A DNA stretch of 64,000 nucleotides from Coraliomargaritaceae bacterium. GTDB taxonomy: Bacteria > Verrucomicrobiota > Verrucomicrobiia > Opitutales > Coraliomargaritaceae. Each line of letters opens with the position of its first letter. The stretch's first letter is position 1. The DNA lies in NCBI GenBank assembly GCA_965656495.1, contig CBFHKU010000004.1:35702-99701 (forward strand). The letters are read 5' to 3'. The notes beneath the pieces are model-generated. The model made no database searches. It saw only the letters and a list, made by a program, of their open reading frames with translations, and was not told where the DNA came from. The position numbers were made by a program, and so were the translations under genes. Below, piece after piece: positions 18,604-26,147 of the stretch.

Positions 18604-19335
18604 ATGAAAGCACGCGAAATCCTCGAACAAGTCCAACGCGGCGAACTCGACCTCGACGCCGCCCTCGCCGAATTGCAGGGCTTTGAAGATCTCGGCCACA
18701 GCCGCGTCGACCTCGCCCGCGAGCAACGCAACGGGGCCCCCGAGGTGATCTACGGTGAAGGAAAAACCGCCGACCAAATCCGTGAAATCATGCAAAGCAT
18801 GGCAAAGCGGGAACAGAATACCCTCGTGACCCGCCTCGATCCCGCCAGCGCTGAGGCGCTGCGCCAAACCTTTCCGGATGCCAACTATTGCCCGCAGGCA
18901 CGAATCCTCACGCGCCTCCATTCCGCCCCGGCGCCCGCCGCTACAAAAATCGCCCTCGTCTGCGCCGGTACCTCCGACCTGCCCGTTGCCGAGGAAGCAC
19001 GCCTCACCGCCGAATTTTACGGCAACCCCGTTGAAACAATCTACGACGCCGGAGTCGCTGGTCTCCATCGCCTCCTTGCCAGCGTTGATACGATCCGGGC
19101 CTGCCGCGTCGTCATCGTGGTGGCGGGCATGGAAGGCGCCCTCCCCAGCGTGGTGGGCGGACTCGTGGATGCCCCCGTTATCGCAGTCCCCACCAGCGTC
19201 GGTTACGGCTCCAGTTTTGAAGGCCTCTCCGCCCTCCTCGGGATGCTCAATTCCTGCGCGAGCGGACTGAGCGTTGTCAATATCGACAACGGATTCGGCG
19301 CGGGCTTCCTCGCCAACCGTATCAATCGGCTTTAG
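18604..19335 (+). CDS. larB: nickel-pincer cofactor biosynthesis protein LarB (PurE-like NaAD carboxylase/hydrolase)
   Basis: 243-aa ORF. Has an AIR-carboxylase-like core (IALVCAGTSDLPVAEEA...VVIVVAGMEGALPSVVGGLV...VIAVPTSVGYG). Starts 4 bp after the larC stop. Confidence 0.85.
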   Translation: MKAREILEQVQRGELDLDAALAELQGFEDLGHSRVDLAREQRNGAPEVIYGEGKTADQIREIMQSMAKREQNTLVTRLDPASAEALRQTFPDANYCPQARILTRLHSAPAPAATKIALVCAGTSDLPVAEEARLTAEFYGNPVETIYDAGVAGLHRLLASVDTIRACRVVIVVAGMEGALPSVVGGLVDAPVIAVPTSVGYGSSFEGLSALLGMLNSCASGLSVVNIDNGFGAGFLANRINRL

Positions 19336-20336
19336 GCATTGTGCTGCCTGCGGTGACAGCAGTCCGCCTCGTAGTGTTTCGCGCCGTGCTGCAGCGCAGC
19401 GTAGTCCGGTGAATCCGGCGCATCATTCACCGCAAAGCGCGCGCGTTCCTCGGCCTTGAAGGGTTGCGCCGCACAACCGGCTACCGCCTGATCGACGTAT
19501 TCTACCTTGTCTGCTCCGACCACGTGACAGCAGACCTGCGGATAACTCAAAGAATACTGCAAGACTTCCTGGGCATTGGTCGTTTCGTGCAGATGGGTGC
19601 GACGGCTCCCGCCAAATCCCTTCATGCCCAAGACCGCGATTTCATGCTTTTCACACAAGGGCATGATTTCGTTTTCAAAAGCGCGGGATTGCAAAGCACC
19701 CACCACCGAGACCGGCATCAGCGTCGCGTCCCATTGATAACCCCCCTCAATAATATCGCGATGAACCTTGGGATCGGTGTGACCCGTAAACCCGGTGTAG
19801 CGAATCTTGCCCTGCTGCTTCGCCAACTCCAGCGCTTCGATCGCGCCCTCTTTGCGATAAGCATCATGGGCATCGTCCTTGCTCACATGATGCAGCATCC
19901 ATAGATCCAAGTGATCCGTCTTCAGGCGGCGCAGGGAATCCTCCAGCATCCGCATTGCACCCGCCACATCCGGGGTGTAATGATCACTGTGGTAATTGCA
20001 AAATTTCGTCATCAGGAAGATCTCGTCCCGCCTCCCCTTCAACGCTTCACCCATGTATTCCTCAGCTTTCCCGCCATGGTAATCCCAGGCATTCTCAAAG
20101 AAATTCACCCCCAGATCCAGCGCGCGGTGCGCGATCGCATTGGCCTCTTTTTGCGAGCCCGCCATATACAGCGTGTGCCCTCCGAAACCCACCACCGTCA
20201 ACATGTCGGCGTGGCGGCCAAATTTCCGCTTCGGAATCACCACCTTAGCGGCGGCTTCCGCCCAGGCCGTGCTGCTCTTTAAAGCCGCAGCCGATCCAAG
20301 TGAAAATTTGAGGAAGTTGCGACGTGAAAGACTCAT
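19332..20336 (-). CDS. aldo/keto reductase with twin-arginine (Tat) signal peptide
   Basis: The ORF track gives 19332-20417. The likely start is MSLSRRNFLKFSLGSAAALKSSTAWA (ATG 20336-20334). The AKR core has FENAWDYHGGKAEEYMGEAL. The tail is Cys-containing: EADCCHRRQHNA. Confidence 0.85.
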   Translation of the reverse strand: MSLSRRNFLKFSLGSAAALKSSTAWAEAAAKVVIPKRKFGRHADMLTVVGFGGHTLYMAGSQKEANAIAHRALDLGVNFFENAWDYHGGKAEEYMGEALKGRRDEIFLMTKFCNYHSDHYTPDVAGAMRMLEDSLRRLKTDHLDLWMLHHVSKDDAHDAYRKEGAIEALELAKQQGKIRYTGFTGHTDPKVHRDIIEGGYQWDATLMPVSVVGALQSRAFENEIMPLCEKHEIAVLGMKGFGGSRRTHLHETTNAQEVLQYSLSYPQVCCHVVGADKVEYVDQAVAGCAAQPFKAEERARFAVNDAPDSPDYAALQHGAKHYEADCCHRRQHNA

Positions 20337-20502
20337 GACTTTTGGGGTGTTGACTGAAATGCTGCGTGTTGCCGATATTAACAACTTGAGAATGTCCAAA
20401 ACATAGCTTGGAACCATCCGATTTCAAGCATGGATGCTCCAAATACCCCATGTCTGGAATCCAAACCGACCGCGACCCCGGAAGCGCATCCGAGCCAAGC
20501 CT

Positions 20503-21174
20503 TTAAGGTTGCACGAAGACAAACAAAGTCTTTTCCCCGACTACCATACCCGAGGAATTCAACGCCCTGACCACCACTTTTTCCCGCATTCCCGCACCGT
20601 AAGCGACCGGTTCCACCATCAACACATACTGCCCCGACTTTTGTGAATCGGGCGCGGCCTTTACCTGCAAAACCTCCCCATTGAAGCCCAGCGCACCCAG
20701 CTTCACCGCATGATCGGGATGCAACTGTACCCGCACCTCCCGTGGCCCCACCGCCCCGCGCTTCCAATAAAGGATTTCCGGCTGCAACTGCATCGCCTCC
20801 ACAATATTCACCGCTAATTTCAAATACGCCACCGGTTCCGGCATCCCCTCGAGAAAAACCCGCAGCACACTCTCATTCCGCCCCTGCCGTTTACCCTTCT
20901 CGAAAACCGCCGCCACAACCGTCGATTCCCCCGCAGCCAGCACCCGCTTCGCCGGCAAAGCAGCCGTGCAACCACAACTGCTCTCCACCCGATTAAACCG
21001 CAACTCCGCAGCGCCCGTGTTCCTGACGCGGTATTCCACCCGCACCTCCGCATCCCCCGGCCCCATTTCCACTTCCGTCTCAGTCCGTTCCCATTCCAAT
21101 TCCACTTCTGGCGCAGCCGATGCCAGACCCGCAAGAACTAGGACCATCAAAAGCATCCATCCATACCGCTTCAA
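20503..21174 (-). CDS. DUF1573 domain protein (secreted)
   Basis: 223-aa ORF with a signal peptide. FNRVESSCGCTAA matches the DUF1573 CGCT signature. The annotated first codon is TTG, overlapping the upstream stop (TTGA). An ATG lies 6 codons downstream. Confidence 0.75.
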   Translation of the reverse strand: MKRYGWMLLMVLVLAGLASAAPEVELEWERTETEVEMGPGDAEVRVEYRVRNTGAAELRFNRVESSCGCTAALPAKRVLAAGESTVVAAVFEKGKRQGRNESVLRVFLEGMPEPVAYLKLAVNIVEAMQLQPEILYWKRGAVGPREVRVQLHPDHAVKLGALGFNGEVLQVKAAPDSQKSGQYVLMVEPVAYGAGMREKVVVRALNSSGMVVGEKTLFVFVQP

Positions 21175-21611
21175 CGCTCCACCTCGCCTTCAATCCCCCG
21201 CTCACCATCCCAACAAATCAAAATCACCGCCCCCAGGAGCAACAGACCGTTCCGTACCAACAAAACCGCATAAGGCGCCATCAAACCCATCGATCCAAAA
21301 CATCCACAGTCAACCTCCAGACCCCGTAGCCACGCGCTCAGGTGCAGACCCATAAAGCACAACAAAAGCAGACCGATCACCCAGGCACTCCCCCGCCGCA
21401 CACCCGGAAACAAGAGACCCAGCCCCGCCCACAATTCCAGCCAGGGCAAACCCAACGCCACCCAGCGCGCCCAGTCCGCTCCCACCACCTGATAGGATTC
21501 CACCGCCGTTGCAAACGCCAGCGGATCGCGCAACTTCGATGCCGCCGCCCACACAAACGCCACCCCCAGCACCACCCGCAAAAGCAAGCCTATCCAAAAC
21601 CTCGGCTTCAT
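21171..21611 (-). CDS. MauE/DoxX-family membrane protein
   Basis: The ORF is 21171-21644. The likely start is MKPRFWIGLLLRVVLGVAFVWAAASKLRDPLAFATAVESYQVV (ATG 21611-21609), an ATGA overlap with the rhodanese stop. Four TM segments and a C-terminal CGCFG. Confidence 0.7.
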   Translation of the reverse strand: MKPRFWIGLLLRVVLGVAFVWAAASKLRDPLAFATAVESYQVVGADWARWVALGLPWLELWAGLGLLFPGVRRGSAWVIGLLLLCFMGLHLSAWLRGLEVDCGCFGSMGLMAPYAVLLVRNGLLLLGAVILICWDGERGIEGEVER

Positions 21612-22039
21612 TCCTGCAAGGCCTCCCAGCCACCCTTCAACCAATAAACCTCCGCTCCCGTCACCGCTTCCCGCAAACGCATTGCCAATCGCTTACTCGA
21701 CCCACAGCCCGCCTCCGCGCAATACACCACCATCACCCTCGGTTCCTCCAGCCAAACCATCATCAATTCCATCACCCCCGTTCCCCAATTCGTTTCATTC
21801 AAATGAATCGCACCCGGTTCATGCCCCTCCGCATACTCAGCCGCAGTCCGCGCATCCACCCACAGCACCGCCTGCCCCCGCGCCGCCGACACTGAAATCT
21901 CCTCCTTGTCCACCCATTCACCCGCCGCCCACGGCACCGGTGACCAGCCCACTAAAACCGACAACACACTGCCCCCCAAAGTCAGTAGCAACAAGATCCA
22001 GCATTGGCGCACAATCAACATCCACCCAGCCTGAACCAT
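21608..22039 (-). CDS. membrane-anchored rhodanese-domain protein
   Basis: 143-aa ORF with an N-terminal TM. Rhodanese core VLWVDARTAAEYAEGHEPGAIHL...VVYCAEAGCGSSKRLA with an active-site Cys loop. Confidence 0.8.
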   Translation of the reverse strand: MVQAGWMLIVRQCWILLLLTLGGSVLSVLVGWSPVPWAAGEWVDKEEISVSAARGQAVLWVDARTAAEYAEGHEPGAIHLNETNWGTGVMELMMVWLEEPRVMVVYCAEAGCGSSKRLAMRLREAVTGAEVYWLKGGWEALQE

Positions 22040-22145
22040 TTAGCGCAAAAAACAAACCACGAATGAAACAAAAGAGGCGCACGTTGCAAGTTGTGGGTTG
22101 TTGGATCGGCACCGTGAAGGCTCAATGGACATCTTCTACTTTTCC

Positions 22146-22730
22146 GGCAGAGCCGGGAACCGCTTATCTTCGCTTATAAACACTAATATTTTTATCGTAT
22201 TGTTTTTAGCATTAGTGGATATAAGCGCCCATTAGCGGTCGCCAGCTAAGCTGGCCTCAGGGCAGATTGTAGGAAACTACGAATCACGCCGATCACGCGA
22301 ATAAAGCATTGCCCGCGAAGGTACGCGAAGGGGAGCTGAAAGGTTAGGAAATGAAACCACGAACGACACGAAAAACACGAACCCGACTGAGCCGGGAACC
22401 ACTGATCTTCGCTTATAAACACCAATATTTTTATCGTATTGTTTTTAGCATTAGTGGATATAAGCACCCATTAGTGGTCGCCAGCTAAGCTGGCCTAAGG
22501 GCAGATTATAGGAAACTACGAATCACGCCGATCACGCGAATAAAGCATTGCCCGCGAAGAGGAGCAGGAAGGTTGGGAAATGGAACCACGAACGACACAA
22601 AAACCACGAACCCGGCAGAGCCGGGAACCGCTTATCTTTGCTTATAAACACTAATATTTTTGCTTTAAGGATAAGCGAAAATTAGCGCCCATTAGCGGTC
22701 GCCAGCTAAGCTGGCCTCAGTGCAGCGCAC
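22146..22730. repeat. tandem repeat, ~229-239-bp unit, about 2.5 copies
   Basis: Units start at 22146, 22385 and 22614 (GGCAGAGCCGGGAACCGCTTATCTTCGCTTATAAACAC...). Copies 1 and 2 are collinear with scattered substitutions and one ~9-bp indel. Copy 3 is rearranged and truncated. Each unit holds the GCCAGC-TAA-GCTGGC hairpin and a CACGAA-iteron segment. Confidence 0.85.
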
Positions 22731-22747
22731 CGGAAAACGTCCGACAT

Positions 22748-23000
22748 CGAACCCCGAACGCTGAAGCGATTTAGTGGTGGGAAGGTATGAAGGTGGAAAA
22801 GTGGGAATGTTTGAAATATGCTGCATCACCACTCCGTGTACTCGCTGCCTCTGTGGTGAGTTCGATGTTCAGCGTTCGATGCTCAATGTTCAAAGTTCCC
22901 TAACCTTCCAACCACTAAATCCCTTCAACGTTCAATGTTCGATGTTCAATGTTCAAAGTTCCCTAACCTTCCCACTTTCCCACCTTCCCACTTTCCCACC
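22748..23000. repeat. long imperfect inverted repeat plus GTTCRA / GGTGGGAA low-complexity repeats
   Basis: The left arm 22748-22807 (CGAACCCCGAACGCTGAAGCGATTTAGTGGTGGGAAGG...) pairs imperfectly with the reverse complement of 22896-22940. TTCCCACTTTCCCACCTTCCCACTTTCCCACC at 22969-23000 is the complement of the left-arm GGTGGGAA motifs. Confidence 0.6.
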
Positions 23001-23168
23001 CCTAAAACGGCATCACTGGTACACATGCTATTGCTTGGCGCGTGGGTTACTTTGATGCTGTGCCCACGGGGTGAGTTGATTTTTTGAAAAAAGGACTGAG
23101 CGTTTTCTTGAGGAGTGTGAAAGCCTTGGATTGACGCGGGGGTGTTTTGGGCGTTTAACACCCTTTTA

Positions 23169-23912
23169 ATGAGTGCCAGTGATTCCGAAAAACCCAAACC
23201 GAAATATAAACGTATCGTTCTGAAGCTGAGCGGTGAAGTCCTGCGAAATACGGAGGACGGCGAACCGATCAGTCCGGCGATTTTGACGGAAATATGCACG
23301 GAGGTTAAAAAGGTTTACGATATCGGGGTGCAGGTCGGTCTGGTGATCGGCGGTGGAAATATTTTCCGGGGCCTGAGTGGTTCGGAGTTGAAGGGGGTGG
23401 ATCGCACCACCGGTGATTATATGGGGATGCTGGCGACCGTGATCAACGGCCTGGCGATCATGGATTGCCTCGAGAAAATGGGGGTGACGGTGCGTCTGCA
23501 GAGTGCGATCCCGATGGATAAACTGGCGGAACCTTTCATTGTGCGTCGTGCCACGCGGCATTTGGAACGCGGACGGGTCGTGATTTTCGCGGGGGGCACC
23601 GGGAATCCGTATTTTTCAACCGACACCTGCGCGGCCTTGCGGGCGAGTGAAATCGGGGCGAATATGCTGATGAAAGCCACGAAGGTGGACGGCATATACG
23701 ACAAGGATCCGGCGAAGCACAAGGACGCGGTGAAATACGAAAGCCTGCGCTACATCGACGCGCTGCGCGAGCAGTTGAACGTAATGGATTCGACGGCCTT
23801 CTCGCTCTGCATGGAAAACAAGATGCCGGTCTTGGTCTTCAGTATGCGCGAACCCGGCTCGATTTACCGCGCCGTGATGGGCGAGTCGATCGGCACGCGG
23901 GTCGACGATTAG
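23169..23912 (+). CDS. pyrH: UMP kinase
   Basis: [19 protein letters not shown] and [13 protein letters not shown] are canonical PyrH motifs. The ORF track starts at GTG 23142; ATG 23169 gives the usual N-terminal length. Confidence 0.95.
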   Translation: MSASDSEKPKPKYKRIVLKLSGEVLRNTEDGEPISPAILTEICTEVKKVYDIGVQVGLVIGGGNIFRGLSGSELKGVDRTTGDYMGMLATVINGLAIMDCLEKMGVTVRLQSAIPMDKLAEPFIVRRATRHLERGRVVIFAGGTGNPYFSTDTCAALRASEIGANMLMKATKVDGIYDKDPAKHKDAVKYESLRYIDALREQLNVMDSTAFSLCMENKMPVLVFSMREPGSIYRAVMGESIGTRVDD

Positions 23913-23959
23913 GAATTTCCCAAACCCTACCCTTTTTAAATATTAACCGATAAGTAATC

Positions 23960-24517
23960 ATGGAACCCAAAGAAATCCTCGCCGCACTCAAAGCCGATCT
24001 GGAAAAGGCCATCGAGTATACCTTAAGTCAATTTGGCAGCCTCCACACCGGCAAGGCCAGTCCGGCGATGCTGGACAGTGTGAAGGTGGACGCCTACGGG
24101 AGCACGGTCTCGCTGAAGGAAGTGGCGGCCGTCACGACCCCCGACGCCCGCACTATCATGGTGCAACCCTGGGACAAGAGCGTGGTGCGCGAGGTCGAAA
24201 AAGGGATCATCGATGCGAACCTCGGATTCAATCCGCTGGTGGACGGCGGCATCCTGCGGGTACCGGTACCGGAATTGACCGGTGAGCGCCGCGCAAACCT
24301 CGCCAAGCAGGCGGGCGGGATGGCGGAAGACGGCCGCGTGCGGGTCCGGCAGGCGCGTCGCGACGCCCTCGACCTCCTGAAAGCCGCCAAAGAGGACGGT
24401 CTCTCGGAGGATGATGTGAAACGCCACGAGAAGGACATCCAAAACGAGCACGACGCGTTCATTGCCAAAATCAATGAACAATTGGCGAAGAAGGAGGCGG
24501 ATTTAAAATCGGTCTAA
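23960..24517 (+). CDS. frr: ribosome recycling factor
   Basis: 185-aa ORF. Has LHTGKASPAMLDSVKVDAYGS...VQPWDKS...IDANLGFNP...IRVPVPELTGERR. Follows pyrH, as in many bacteria. Confidence 0.95.
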   Translation: MEPKEILAALKADLEKAIEYTLSQFGSLHTGKASPAMLDSVKVDAYGSTVSLKEVAAVTTPDARTIMVQPWDKSVVREVEKGIIDANLGFNPLVDGGILRVPVPELTGERRANLAKQAGGMAEDGRVRVRQARRDALDLLKAAKEDGLSEDDVKRHEKDIQNEHDAFIAKINEQLAKKEADLKSV

Positions 24518-24551
24518 GGCGGGTCACGCCATTGGCATTGGCATAGTTATT

Positions 24552-25634
24552 TTGAACGCTTTCTCACAGTCAAAACGGGTCGTCATCAAACTGGGCACCG
24601 GCGTGCTCACCTCCGGGATTGGGCAACTCGACACGACGCGCATTGCGACCCTGTGCCGGCAAGTGGGGCAACTGCGGGAGCAGGGCATGGAAGTGGTGCT
24701 GGTGAGTTCCGGCTCGATTGGATTGGGCATGGGGAAACTCGGTCTGGAGACCCGTCCCAAGGATTTGGCGACCTTGCAGGCCTGCGCTTCGATCGGGCAA
24801 ACCATTCTGATCAATACCTGGCAGCAGGGCTTTGACCCGCAGGGCCTGACGGTGGCGCAAATACTTTTGACGCGGGAGGACTTGCGGACCCGTCACCGCC
24901 ACAATGCCATTTGCAACACCCTCGAGCAATTGCTGCAGCGCGGGATCGTTCCGGTGGTGAACGAAAACGACACCGTCAGCGCGAGCGAAATCCAATTTGG
25001 CGACAACGACACCCTCTCGGCGCTGGTGGCAAGCGTGATGCATGCCGACCGGCTCTGCATCCTTTCCAACATTCCCGGACTGATGGATCTGGAGCATGGC
25101 GGTGCGGTGATTCCGGAAGTGCCCACGATCACGCCTGAAATCGAGGCGATGGCGAAGGGCACCCAACAAACGACCTCGGTGGGTGGAATGGTCAGCAAAC
25201 TCTCCGCCGCCAAGATCGCACAACGCGCGGGCTGTGGTGTTATTATCACGAGTGGCGAGAACGACCGCCTGGTCGATCAACTCCTGGCGGGCGAAGCGGT
25301 GGGGACATTCTTTCCGCCCAGCGAAAAACCGGTTCAGGCTCACAAACGCTGGATTGCGATTCTGGATCAGGTAAATGGCACCCTCTGCATTGATGCCGGT
25401 GCCGCTGAGGCAGTCCAAAACGGGGGCAAAAGCCTGCTCGCAGTTGGCATTGTTGAATGCGAGGGCGAGTTTGAAGCCGGGGATCTGGTACATGTCGAGG
25501 ATGCGGACGGCAAGGGAATCGCTCAGGGCCTCAGCCGAATCGGTCGCCCGAGTCTGCAAACGATGCTGGACGAGGGAAAGACCAGCGCCGAAGTGGTGAT
25601 TCACCGCGACGAGTTGGTCCTGCTGGGCCAATAA
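24552..25634 (+). CDS. proB: glutamate 5-kinase (with PUA domain)
   Basis: 360-aa ORF. Has VVIKLGTGVLT, VVLVSSGSIGLG, VPVVNENDTVS and a C-terminal PUA domain (LLAVGIVECEGEFEAGDLV). The first codon is TTG. Confidence 0.93.
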   Translation: MNAFSQSKRVVIKLGTGVLTSGIGQLDTTRIATLCRQVGQLREQGMEVVLVSSGSIGLGMGKLGLETRPKDLATLQACASIGQTILINTWQQGFDPQGLTVAQILLTREDLRTRHRHNAICNTLEQLLQRGIVPVVNENDTVSASEIQFGDNDTLSALVASVMHADRLCILSNIPGLMDLEHGGAVIPEVPTITPEIEAMAKGTQQTTSVGGMVSKLSAAKIAQRAGCGVIITSGENDRLVDQLLAGEAVGTFFPPSEKPVQAHKRWIAILDQVNGTLCIDAGAAEAVQNGGKSLLAVGIVECEGEFEAGDLVHVEDADGKGIAQGLSRIGRPSLQTMLDEGKTSAEVVIHRDELVLLGQ

Positions 25635-25710
25635 GAACGCTTCCAGCCGATATGAACGGCTGAGAATCAGCGGCTGCCTACTGCGTGGTTTCAATTGCAA
25701 CAAACTGGCA

Positions 25711-26147
25711 CATTCGTGCTTATTCGTTTCTATTCGTGGTTACCTTCAGTGTTCGGTGTTTAATGTTCGAGGTTCAATGTTCGAGATTCAGCGTTCGGCT
25801 ATCGCGCTACTGCTTTTCAAGCCACGAAAAGCGACAGGATTGTCGCTTCCACGTTTAATCTTATTCGTTTCTATTCGTAGTTAACCTTCGGCGTTCGACC
25901 TCCCCGACTGCTTTCCGACCGCACGAAAAGCGACAGGATTGTCGCTTCCACGTTTAATCTTATTCGTTTCTATTCGTGGTAAACCTTCAACGTTCGGTGT
26001 TCAATGTTCGAGGTTCAGCGTTCGGCTATCGCGCTACTGCTTTCCGATACCACGAAAAGCGACAGGATTGTCGCTTCCACGTTTAATCCCATTCGTGCTT
26101 ATTCGTTTCTATTCGTGGTTAAGCTTCAGCGTTCGGCTATCGCGCTA
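25711..26147. repeat. array of four solo CACGAA-iteron arms interleaved with three REP-like hairpins and GTTCRA repeats
   Basis: Arms (C)ATTCGTGCTTATTCGTTTCTATTCGTGGTTA at 25711, 25860, 25959 and 26090, all in the same orientation. Hairpins CCACGAAAAGCGACA-GGAT-TGTCGCTTCCACG at 25822, 25922 and 26050. The 23-mer TTCAGCGTTCGGCTATCGCGCTA occurs three times; the last copy contains the uvrB stop codon. Confidence 0.8.

Noticed and set aside
17362-19068. 568-aa uninterrupted minus-strand ORF spanning larC and larB
   Set aside because: It is antisense to two well-supported genes. The composition (G/A/E/V/D/F-rich, e.g. GGAFLVGGSG runs) is typical of shadow frames in GC-rich DNA. It has no recognisable motif and crosses an intergenic boundary of the real genes.
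22146-22730. Possible CRISPR array or retron/ToxI-type RNA repeat
   Set aside because: The units are about 235 bp and contiguous, with no unique spacers. No cas gene, reverse transcriptase or toxin gene is adjacent. It is a plain tandem repeat.
22246-23055. Track ORFs inside repeat DNA: 22246-22467, 22774-23055, also 25939-26255, 36217-36423 and 37107-37402
   Set aside because: Each is generated by translating repeat units (for example FNVQSSLTF repeated, or reading through the tRNA fragment). They have no start context or conservation logic and are treated as spurious.
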